Assembly: GCA_031835245.2 (NCBI GenBank)
Contig: JAVKOQ020000025.1
Span: forward strand, 62,001 to 126,000
DNA length: 64,000 nucleotides
Direction of reading: 5' to 3'
From: Balamuthia mandrillaris
Lineage: Eukaryota
In this document: in pieces, positions 1 through 10,672 of the stretch
How the letters are laid out: each line of letters begins with the position of its first letter
How positions within the stretch are numbered: position 1 is the first letter of the stretch
The notes under the pieces: generated by a model
The model's input: only the letters and a program-made list of their open reading frames with translations
What the model was told of the DNA's origin: nothing
The model's database searches: none
Program-made: the position numbers and the translations under genes

Positions 1-34
1 TCATGCTTTTAATCTCTATAATATAGAAAAAAAA

Positions 35-2341
35 ATGAGTGACCCCAAAAGTTCTTCTTCTACGCCATCATCATCAACAGCACCTTATTGCCTTCTCTCC
101 CCTCTTTCCTCCGAGTCCGAAGACAACAACAGCTCTGCACATGGCCCTAAAGTCATTCGTGGCATTCCCTCTCAACGCGGCAAACATCGCCACCCGATCC
201 CTCTCGTCTTCACCTCTCCCTCCGCCTCGCCCACCTCTTCTGGCTCTTTTTCTGCTTTGGGTCGTTCTTCCTCTTCTTCTTCTTCGACCGCTTCAAAGCT
301 GTCTCCACAGACCGATCGAAGAAACGCAAGCAACGAGGAGGAAGCGAGTTTGACGAGAGCGGAGCTGCTGAGAAGAATATTGCAGCAGGAGGAGGAGAGG
401 GAGCGGGAGAGAGAGAGCTTGAGACAGGCTGAACGTTTGTACCTCCAGAAAAATCAACAACAACAAGAACAACAACCGCCGCAAACAAAAGAGCAAGACC
501 CAACGCTCTTTTGGGAGTGGCCTCGCAGAAGAATATCTGCTTCTTTGCCTACTCCCGCTGCTTCTTCCTTGCCTTCCTCTTATTCTCCTTCTCCTGCTCC
601 TTCTCCTTCTTCTCCTGCTTCGTCGTCTTCAAGAGAAGAAGCACTGGTTGGAGGAGGTTTCCTGGACTCTTCCACTTCCGTGCCAATCGTGTTACCTCGA
701 GCGGAACCCTTTGCTTCGTCTTCCTCTCCCTCTCCATCGACAATATCCTCCTCCGATTCTTCTGTATCGACAACAAGAGACAGAGCGGCCGAGAGAGAAC
801 ATAACAACCACAACCACAACAACAACAACAACAACAAAAGAAGCAGTTCTTCCTCCTCTCTTCTCATCAACAAGCCAGAAATAGGACTGCACTCGGGTCG
901 TTTCTCGCTTAAAGCAGAACAAGAAGATGAAGTTGAAGAGGAGGAGGAGAAGGAGGAAAAAGAAGAAGAAGACGAGGCAAGAGCGGAACAACAGAAAGGA
1001 GAATGGATGATGACGTTAGAGAATAGGATCGGAGCTGATAGTGGAAGGATGAGTCGCGACATGTTTGGCCTACTTTCTTTTGGCGAGGAAAGCAAACCGG
1101 ATACGAAAGCAAAAGAGAAGAAGAGCAAGAAGAGCAAGAAGCAGAAGAAGCAAAGCATTGTATGGGAATATGGAGGAGATGAGAAGACGAATGTGGGAGG
1201 ATGCCAGTCGTTGTTGAGCGTTCCAACGCTTAAAACGAGACCCAAAAGTTTTGACGGCGGTTCCTTAGGTAACGCTTCCTTCGTTCGTGTTCTTGTTCTT
1301 TTTCTGCTCCCTTCGTCATTCTGTTTGTAGCTCTGTTCGCTGCTTCTCGTTCTCTCTCCGTCGGTCTCTTCTCTTTGCTGTTTGCTGACGTTCGTTTGTA
1401 TGACTAAAACAGTGCGAGAAGAGGTCAAAGAAGCCGAACTCAGGGAAACCATTTCGGATAGAGAGCTTCGCAGAAGGATGAAACAAACCATCCTGGACAA
1501 CAACAGTAAAAGAAAAGCAAGACTCCAACGAGAACAGCGATCCAAAGACTTGAAAGCAACAATGACGAAGATGCTTTCTGCTTCCGCCGATAACAACAAA
1601 GTTGGAAAGAAGGAGAAAGAGAAGAAGAAGAAGCAGCAGCAACAGAAGAAGAAGGAGGATAAGAATGAAGAAAGCGATGACTCCTCTTTGTCATCATCTT
1701 CTTCTTCGGTTGTCGCCTATACATTACAAGGACAAAAGCTGAACAAAGTTCAAGTGCAAAAGATACAAGAACAACAACGAAGAAGAAGAGGAAAATCATT
1801 CGGCAGCGATGAAAGCGCAGACATAAACGACGACGAGGAAGACAAAGATATCAGCGATAAAGAAGAGGGAAGAGACGACGAAGAAGAACAAACGAACGAA
1901 AATGAAGATGAAGATGATGAAGATAGTAGTAGTTGGTGGACAGAAGGTTCGGATGAAGAAGATGATGAGGCAGAAGAAAGACGAAGCGCAGCAAAGAAAA
2001 CTGTGGGGTTAAGTTACGGTGGAGTCAAAGTGGAGCCACTGTACCACGAATTGTCCATTGAGGAGCTGAAGATGGAGCCGACTCCATTTGCCAAAGGCGC
2101 CTTTGGGAAGCTTTACAAAGCTCATTGGCATGAAGTCGAATGTGCTGGTTCGTGTTTCTGAAGCCTTCCTTCTTTCTTTTTCGTATTATGACTCCTCTTT
2201 CTCTTGTTGTTTGTTATCATTTAGTGAAAGTGTTAAACTCTCCTGTGGAATGTGAGAAAGACATTGAAGAGTTTCGTAGGGAAGCGACCCTTATGGAGTT
2301 TGTATCTTTCCTGTATTCCACTCTCTGTTCATTTGTCCTTA

Positions 2342-2387
<46 letters not shown>

Positions 2388-3373
2388 AAAATAACAGGAA
2401 ACTAGGTCGTCACCCCAATGTGGTCACTTTCTATGGAGCAGGCTCCAAAGGCAATCCGCTGTATCTGGTCATGGAGCATGCTAAGCTGGGCTCTATGTAC
2501 GACCTTCTAGTCAATCCGAAAACCAGAAGAGACGACGTTCCTTGGAGGGTCGTTGTTAAGCTTTTGTTGGATGTGGCCAGAGGCATCAGTTACCTTCATA
2601 GAGAAAATGTTATTCACAGGTACCGTCTCTCTTTTATTTTTAAGCGGCTTCTTTCTCAATAACTTTCTCACTTCCTTTCTTTTTCTTTTTCTTTTTTCTT
2701 TTTCTTTTTTCTTTTTCTTTTTTCTTTTCTTTTTCTTTTTCTTTTCTTTTTCTTTCTTTTCTTTTTCTTTTTCTTTCTCTTTTTCTTTCTCTTTCTCTTT
2801 CTCTTTCTCTTTCTCTTTCTCTTTTGTTACACAACGTTACACAGAGATTTAGCAGCTCGTAATATATTAGTGCAAGGACCGATCAGTCGTCCGGTGGCAC
2901 TTGTGGCCGACTTTGGGTTGTCTCGGGTCAAGTCCGCAATGTTCACCCACGCCAGCACTTCCACCGCTGTTGGGGCTGTCAAGTACGTCCTCGCTTTCAT
3001 CCTTTCTTGGTGTGGTGTTTGTTTAAGCTTCTTTTTGTTCATGTTTGTCTCCAAAAAAAAAGGTGGATGGCTCCAGAAGCGTTGGACCGATTAGAGTACT
3101 CGGAGCGTTCTGATGCTTGGGTAAATGCCTCTTCTCGTTGCTCCTTCTTGTTGACTCTTTCTTTCTTAACTGTGGAGGGAAAAAAAAATAGAGTTTTGGT
3201 GTATTATTGTGGGAAGTATGTACAAAGCAAACGCCATGGTCTGAATATTCCGACCTCAACACCGTCGTTCGAGTGTTGGAACAGCGACACCTGCCCATTC
3301 CTTCCGACTGTAATCCCATTCTAGCCAAGTTGATGGAAAAGTGTTTCAACTTTGATCCTCATGCGAGGTTTTT

Positions 3374-3422
<49 letters not shown>

Positions 3423-3788
3423 TTCCTCTCTTTCTCCTTTTGTTCTTTTGGTAACGTTGTTCAAACCTTGTTTTTTTTTTCACACAATAGACCCGACTTT
3501 GATGTTATAACACGACGCTTGACCCTTTATTTGGAGCGACTGAAGGAGATAGAGCAAATGAGCGTTATATCGGAATCCGAACTCAACATCAACAGCGACA
3601 AAGCAACCCGGTTACATTCCTTGAGCAGCGGAGACACGAGAAAAGGAGGAGGAGGACAAAAGGAAGAGGAGCATGAAGCGAACGTCAAGAAAGGCGCCGA
3701 GTTCTACGTTGGCCCTAAAGCTCAAGAAGCCCCAGGTGGCGGAAAGCTAGGACAAAAAGTCAACTTCTTGCGCCACCTCCTCGAATAA
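35..3788 (+). CDS. Protein kinase, tyrosine-kinase-like (multi-exon), with long low-complexity N-terminus
   Basis: Spliced exons give FAKGAFGKLY, CAVK, HPNVVTFYG, IHR|DLAARN, DFGLSR, GAVK|WMAPE, SDAW|SFGVLLWE and FDPHAR|PDF. GT-AG introns carry CT/T repeats. The join between the 35-1330 and 1382-2161 ORFs is uncertain. Confidence 0.9.
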
Positions 3789-4189
3789 CAAAGGAGAACA
3801 GCAAAAGAGTTGAGTTACGCATGTTTTATTTAATTTAATCTTTGATGTTGCATTGGGCAAGAGATACACTTGCTGCTCTGTTTCAGAGAGTAAAGCCAGG
3901 CTTTTCCATACCATAACAATGACTGATTATGCTTTGTTCCGCCTTGATGAAAAGAGGTACATAAAAGATAAACATGAACAAACCCTGTCCTTTGTGGATT
4001 GTCAGTGATAGATGCGACCTCGCTTCGAAGAATTCAACTCATAAAGGTCATACTCTCGCCATTCGCAAGGAGAAACGTGCAAACAAGCAGCGTACACCGC
4101 AGCACTTGTGCGTGCTGAACCCATTGCCTCTGGTCACTCGTGTTCTCTCCTCCGCATACCGGAACAAAAAGAAAGGGAAAAAACAAAAA

Positions 4190-4308
4190 AGGATACAGCA
4201 CGATGGATTCCCGGGTGGTCACCCACCCCAGTACTAACATCGCCTGGCGGAGCTTAACTTCGCTGATCGGACGGGAAGCGGTGCTTTCTCCGCAGTGTGG
4301 CCGTATCC
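4190..4308 (-). rRNA. 5S rRNA (single dispersed copy)
   Basis: Minus strand reads GGATACGGCCACACTGCGGAGAAAGCACCGCTTCCCGTCCGATCAGCGAAGTTAAGC...GTTAGTACTGGGGTGGGTGACCACCCGGGAATCCATCGTGCTGTATCCT, 119 nt with paired ends. An oligo-T Pol III terminator follows. Closely resembles Acanthamoeba 5S. Confidence 0.97.
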
Positions 4309-4864
4309 GATTTTACCCACTATCAACAATAAAGCATACCAATCGTGGATTGTTGTCGACGTACAAAAGAAAAAAGGCCATAAAATTAGACCTTACTATG
4401 GCGCATCACAGCCTATTTTTTTGATTGTTGATTGGTGGTTTGAAGCTATTGGAATGTCTACATTATTGAACTGATTTTCTATTGGTAGAAAAAATTCTAG
4501 TCGACGAAACATCTTGTCTACAATAATAGTGACATCACACACCCAAAAAGAGAAAACGTCCACATAAAAATGATGACGTAAGTGTCCACAAAAAATCCAA
4601 ATAAATAATAAAAAAAGAAAAAGTCAAAGAAGAAATTTTGGTCGACCAAAAGAGAGAGAAGGAAGCAGGCAGCAGGCAGAGGGAAGCATAGACCAAAAAA
4701 CACACAGAAAGTAAGTGTCAAGGTGTAAGAAAACAAAGCAACAAAACGACAAAGAAGAGGCAGAAAAATTTCGAGCAAGCTCATTGTCAAACAGCCGTCG
4801 TGCCACGACACACACCACAATTGCACAAAAATTTGTGTGAAAAAAAAAACAGAGCAGTGCAGTG

Positions 4865-5495
4865 ATGGAGGATCCCTCAGCAACCCCCGCCACCACCCCC
4901 GGCGCGAGCGAGGAGGAAGGGCCTCTGGTTCAACTCCCTTTGGAGCTGTTGTCCCACATATTCAGCTTCGTGGAGACGAGCCAGCTCTACCCGCAATGCT
5001 TCCTCGTCTGCCGCAAGGTCCTGGCCGTGCTCCAGGACGACGTCTTCTGGAAGGAACGTTGCCAGCGGGACCTCGGCATTGACGCCCTCCTGGAGCCCTC
5101 CACCACATGGCTTGACAACTACCAACGTAGCTCTCCACTTCTCCTCAACTCCTCTCTCTTCTCTCTCTTCTCTCTTGCTTCTCTCTTGCTTCTCTCTCGC
5201 TTCTCTTCATCTCTTCTCTTCTCTCGCTTCTCTCTCGCTTCTCTCTTCTCTCTTCCTCATTTTTTTCTTCAAGACAATCTGTACATGTGGGACCCAGAGC
5301 ATGCGACGGTGTCGATGTCGGCGCAAGCCAACTATGCGGGGCACCCTGGTCGCAGCGTGGCCACCAACGTGGTGAGAGAGGGCGAGAACAGGAACTTCAT
5401 CATTGATGGCAGCGTTGCCTTGTGGGAGGGCAGGTGCGTTCGTTTAGCGGTGCTTAGAGGGCTTATTTCTTTCTCTCTCTCTCTCTCTCTCTCAT

Positions 5496-5528
<33 letters not shown>

Positions 5529-5867
5529 CTCCCTCTCTGAGTTTTTTATTGTTTGTTTGTTTGGTTAGTTGTGTGTTTTGGTCTTTGTACTTTTCTTCTG
5601 TTCGTGTTTGGTTTTCTTTTGTAACAAACAAAAAAAAAAAACAAAAAAACAAACAAAACACAGCGGTTATGTATCTGTGCGCTCCAAGAGAAGCTTCAAG
5701 GGAGGCATTCACAGAGTGGCCTTCAAGATCCTGAGCTACAACAATGGAAGTCACGTGTGGAGCGTTGGGCTTGTCGACAAGAACTGGGATTGCAGGCCGC
5801 ACAGCTTTGCCACTTCGCAACGCCGCAGTTGGTGTTGGGGCTGTTCGCCGAAATGTTCTCATAGCGG

Positions 5868-5929
<62 letters not shown>

Positions 5930-7019
5930 TTGTTTCCTTATATTTTTCTCATACCCACCAAAAACAGTAACGGGACTTCAAGCAGACAGCAAACGGTCAA
6001 GCAAAAAGTTTCTCCCAGGATGGGAGAAAGGAGCCATTCTGCAGTTCGTCGTCAACTTTCATCGCGACAAGTCAAAATATCCGGATGCTCGTACCATCAA
6101 ACTTTACAAGCAAGACATTTGCTACGAAACAGTAGAAATGCCGGATGACCTGGAAGAGCTTTGGGCTGTTTCTCTCTACGGCAAAGGAGATTCTGTTCAG
6201 CTTGTTCCTTCATATTCTGTATCTTGGGGTAAAGCTTCTCTCTCCCTCTTCGCTTTTCTCCGATTGCGCATTTATGTATTCTGTTGCTGTTGAGTTTTTT
6301 TTTATTTTTTTTTTGTTTTTATTCACCATGCCCGTGAACCATCACTCACATTTTCTCTTTGGTTTGTTGACCAATAGATCAGTTGAACAGTCGTACGTGC
6401 GAAACAGATGACTCTAGTGCGTTACTTCTCCTCTCTCTCTCTCGCTTCTTTACTGTTCTTTCTCTAATTTCCTTGTATTCTGTAGCCGAACTGTCTCTAT
6501 GGGACCCAGAACACTCTACCCTTACAAAAGAAGAACGTCAACGCTTGATGAAGCAAGACCACGACACTGGCAGATGTGTCGCTCAAGAGGTTGTAAAAAG
6601 CGGACCGAATCAAAACTTTTTTATCAAAGGCAATATTGTGGAATGGCTTGGACAGTACGTCTTTCCCTTTTCATTTACTACATCCATTTTTTTCTTTCTC
6701 TGCTTTACGTTTGTTTGTTGTGTTAACATTTTTCTTTCTCATTCCTTCTTTCAGTGAGTATGTTTCTGTACGGTCGAAGTATTCGTTTTCGTCAGGGCGT
6801 TACGTTGTGACTTCAATGTTCTGCAGAAAACTGGAGAACACATATTCGGAGTTGGACTTGTAGATAAGAATTGGGATTGTAGGATACACGACTTTGTAGG
6901 AGAACGCAGAAGCTGGTGTTGGTGTTCGAGACAACGATCCTCTCATAGCGGTTTGTCTTGCTTTATTTCCTTTGTTTTTCCCGTCTTATTTATTTCTTCC
7001 TCTCTTTCGCTTTCGTTGG

Positions 7020-7098
<79 letters not shown>

Positions 7099-7574
7099 AC
7101 TCACTCACCTCCCTATCTTCTTCCCTCTCCTCCTTACTCTTTCTTTAACTGATCACACTTTAAACAAAAAAAGTGACGGGATTGCACAAAGACAGCCAAT
7201 ACCCAGAAAAGAAGTCGCTCCCCGGCTGGACCAAAGGCGACAAACTCCAATTCGTCGTCGACTTCAACAAGAAGAAACGCTCCATCAAGCTCTACAAAAA
7301 CAAGAAGGCATGCGGCACGATGAGCATGCCCTCCGACCTGAACGAGCTGTGGGCGGTGGTCTCCCTCTATGGACCGGGGGACAAGGTGCAGCTCTCCGTC
7401 AAGCGGAAAGGCAAGCTGAAGAAGGGGCACCACGCGCAGTCGACAAACCCCTCCACAGGGTCCAGCGAGAGCCATAACAACAACAACAACAGCAATCACC
7501 ATGACGAGAAGGAGAAAGACAAAGACAAGGAGAAGGAGAAAAAGAGCTCGAAGAAAAAGCATTCAAAGGAGTGA
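4865..7574 (+). CDS. F-box protein with two tandem SPRY/B30.2-like domains (multi-exon; apparent 1-nt frameshift near 6808)
   Basis: F-box LVQLPLELLSHIFSF...LVCRK...FWKERC. An internally duplicated unit follows: YVSVRSK...GLVDKNWDCR...RRSWCW...LPGW.KG..LQFVV.F...ELWAV(V)SLYG.GD.V.L. Could be two adjacent genes. Confidence 0.75.
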
Positions 7575-7856
7575 TGACAACACAAAAAAAGAAAAAGAAA
7601 AAAGAAAAAGAAAAAAGAAAAAGAAAAGGAAAAGTGAAGAAAAATATGAAAATAAATTGTATATTTTTAGATAGGTTTCATAAAATTAAGAATATTTTCA
7701 AATTAAGATATTAAATAGGTAAAAATTCGAAAATTATTGGAACCCTTTTTACCAAAAAGAGGTTTTATGGCATAATTTTTGTCGATATTTATTTTACCAA
7801 TGAAAGTTTTGTCAATAATATCAAAATAAAGAACACAAAAGGAAAAACGGTAGCGG

Positions 7857-9653
7857 ATGGAGGAGGTGAACGAGAACATCCGGGCACTCCATGCCACGGT
7901 AGCTGCCTTGCGTGAGGAGGTACGTTCCTTGGCGGCTGCCTCCTCCTCCTCACGTTTTAGTTCTCGTAAGCGCTCTCGACATGACCTCGAAGAAGAAGGT
8001 GAGGCCAGCACAACCACTGATTCCTCGGCACTTCCTTGCAAAAAGAACAAAAACACGGCTCTCCCTCCTCCATCTCCCGCTCCTCCTTCTCTTGTTGCCG
8101 ATAACAGCAACGTCGAGAATGAAGGCGAGGAGAAAGCGGCAACAAACTCTAGTTATGTTGTTGGAGGGCGCTGGCACGCGATGCCAGAGGAACTTTTGTG
8201 CACCATCTTCTCCGAGTTGGACCGCTCTTTCATCGCCGTTGCGGCCAGGACCTGTCGCGCTTGGTATGCCTGCGCTCCTCCTCGTTTTCGCAACCGGCTG
8301 TCCAAGCAAGCGGCTTGTCAAAGCATGTCCCTCCTTCGATGGGCCGTTGAGGACAACGCCTGCCCTCTTGACAAGGAGCTTTCGGCCGCGCTCATGAAAA
8401 GAGGCGACTTGAGCATGTTGAAATGGGCGCGATGGTACGACTGCGAGTGGGATGAGAGCACCCTCAGGAACGCAGCGGAAGCGGGGCACTTGGAGGTGCT
8501 TCGTTGGGCAAGGAAGAACGGTTGCCCTTGGGACGAACGGGCCTGTGCGGCAGCGGCCAGAGGAGGGCACTTGGAGGTGCTTCAATGGTTGAGAGGGCAC
8601 GGCTGTCTCTGGAGCGAACACACCCTCTACGAAGCAGCGGCAAACGGTCATGCGGAAGTTGTGCAATGGGCCATTCAGGAAGGGGCTCCCTTTCAGGAAG
8701 CAGATCTTTTGCAACAAGCTGCGCTTGGTGGTGGAACTATCCTCAAATGGTTGGTATTGCAGATGGGCGTGGAGGATCATTACGCCTTGGTCTGTCCAAA
8801 GCTGGCTGAGAAAGGAAACCTGGGTTTGCTACAATGGGCAGTGAACCAGGGCTTCCGGTTTGTCCCGTCAGTCTGTTTTTTTGCCGCCCAAGCGGGGCAC
8901 TTAGAGGTGCTTCGTTGGGCAAGGAAGAGCGGCTGCTCCTGGGACGGGCTTAACATGCTCTCTGCGGTTGTGCAGGGCGGCCTGGCGGTGCTGCAATGGG
9001 CTCACGAGAAGGACGGCCTTCCCTTACAACTTGGACAAAAATGTGCCTGCTCCCTGGCCGCCAAGCAAGGAGATTGGGAGATGGTCAAATGGGCCAGAGA
9101 CAACGGGTGCCCTTGGTCTCCTCAAACTTTCAGCAACGCCGCACGGAAGGGTCACCTGGAGCTGTTGAAGTGGCTAAGAGCAAATGGATGCCCTTGGGAT
9201 AAAAGTGCCACCGCCAATGCAGCAACAGGAGGACATCTCTCTGTGCTCAAGTGGCTAAGAGAGAACGGTTGCCCTTGGGACGATAGTACTACATTCGAGG
9301 CAGCCAAAAAGGGACACGTGGAGGTCTTGCAATGGGCAGCGGGTGAAGGATGCCCCTTTGATGCGTCGTTCTGCAACAGGGCAGCCATGCGTGGACATCC
9401 AAATGTCGTACGCTGGGCCTTGGCTCATGGCTGCTCTTGGCACCCAAATTGGTTGGATGAAATATCCCGCCACTTCAGCGTTGGTTGGAGAGAGGAAGTC
9501 TTATGGGCGTTGCTGCGATCGCCCTTCATCCGAATGCCCCTGAACAGGCATATGGCCAGCGCGTACTTGGCCTTGACGTTTCCTTGCTCCATGGCTGCTC
9601 GATACCATCTCACTCCCTCCTTCCATTGCACCCCCACTCCCTCTCCTTGGTGA
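7857..9653 (+). CDS. F-box plus ankyrin-repeat protein (CPWD-type repeats), intronless
   Basis: WHAMPEELLCTIFSEL F-box, then many AA..GHLEVL.WAR.NGCPWD repeats of the type common in amoebae and their giant viruses. Confidence 0.9.
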   Translation: MEEVNENIRALHATVAALREEVRSLAAASSSSRFSSRKRSRHDLEEEGEASTTTDSSALPCKKNKNTALPPPSPAPPSLVADNSNVENEGEEKAATNSSYVVGGRWHAMPEELLCTIFSELDRSFIAVAARTCRAWYACAPPRFRNRLSKQAACQSMSLLRWAVEDNACPLDKELSAALMKRGDLSMLKWARWYDCEWDESTLRNAAEAGHLEVLRWARKNGCPWDERACAAAARGGHLEVLQWLRGHGCLWSEHTLYEAAANGHAEVVQWAIQEGAPFQEADLLQQAALGGGTILKWLVLQMGVEDHYALVCPKLAEKGNLGLLQWAVNQGFRFVPSVCFFAAQAGHLEVLRWARKSGCSWDGLNMLSAVVQGGLAVLQWAHEKDGLPLQLGQKCACSLAAKQGDWEMVKWARDNGCPWSPQTFSNAARKGHLELLKWLRANGCPWDKSATANAATGGHLSVLKWLRENGCPWDDSTTFEAAKKGHVEVLQWAAGEGCPFDASFCNRAAMRGHPNVVRWALAHGCSWHPNWLDEISRHFSVGWREEVLWALLRSPFIRMPLNRHMASAYLALTFPCSMAARYHLTPSFHCTPTPSPW

Positions 9654-10170
9654 TAACAATACGCCAGGTTGCATTGAGCACGTGCATTACCTTGCTTGCG
9701 GCAGCTTGGATCCACTTGAATGCTTCCTCATGATCCTTCTCCACTCCGTCTCCTCTGGTAAGGCACATGCCCAGGTTGTTCTGAGCGCCAGGGCAGCCTC
9801 CCTCAGCTGCGGCTCTGTACCAGCGAACTGCTGCTTGGAGGTCTGGTGCAACAGCAATCCCGTAATGATAGGCCAATGCAACTTCGAACTGAGCTTTGCA
9901 ATGTTGGTGATGAGCTGCTCTGAGGTACCATTGCAGGGCTTCGCTATCGTTCTCCTCCCCGCCTTCCCCTCTATACAAGCACCGTCCAAGCTCGGTATGC
10001 TGAGGAATGTGGGAAGGGGACAGGGGAGACAGCCAGAAGAGAGAAAGAGGGAGAGGGACGTTTGTTCATGGTAGCAGAGGATGACCTTGAGGAGCCGGTA
10101 GAACATGGAAGGTACTGAGCTTGGGCCTCTCGATGATTGCTGCTGTTCCTCCGCTGGCTCTTAGCCCTTT
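9425..10170 (-). pseudogene. Sel1-like repeat gene, frameshifted/degenerate
   Basis: EALQWYLRAA, AQFEVALAYHYG, WYRAAAEGGCPGAQNNLGMC, QGNARAQCNLAYCYHQGEG and WYRAAMEQGNVKAKYALA. Frame break near 9697. The upstream exon is degenerate. Confidence 0.75.
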
Positions 10171-10349
10171 GCTTTCTTGGTACTTCAGTTAGTTGTTTGC
10201 CTCTTCTTATTCCATTTCTAAGTTTTGTCAGTCAGGTTCGTCCGCCTATGGTGGTTTGCTTTGCTTTTAGCGTTCATCAACCTATGAACGATTGACCCAC
10301 GTGCTTGACTTGTTCTCCTTCTCGCTCGACAACCACAGCACCGGTCTCT

Positions 10350-10387
<38 letters not shown>

Positions 10388-10672
10388 CTCAGTCTGTTGC
10401 TCTGCACGAGCATCCAACGCACTAATCGGGATACGCCTCAAATATGTAAGAACTGTCTGAGTGCATGACATGAACGAGCCTCGCTCGTAACAATTGCTTT
10501 CCTCAGAGGGTCTCGTCGCCAAGCTCCCAAGAGGGTAGAGGAGATGCAACTGTTGTGCTTGTTGTGATTAAACTTGGAAGTCTGCTATGCAGGATGATGA
10601 TGTCTTCCTTGCTATACCACCATAAAATCCATTAGAAGAAAGGCAGGATGTGTTTATTCTACATTTTCAGCT

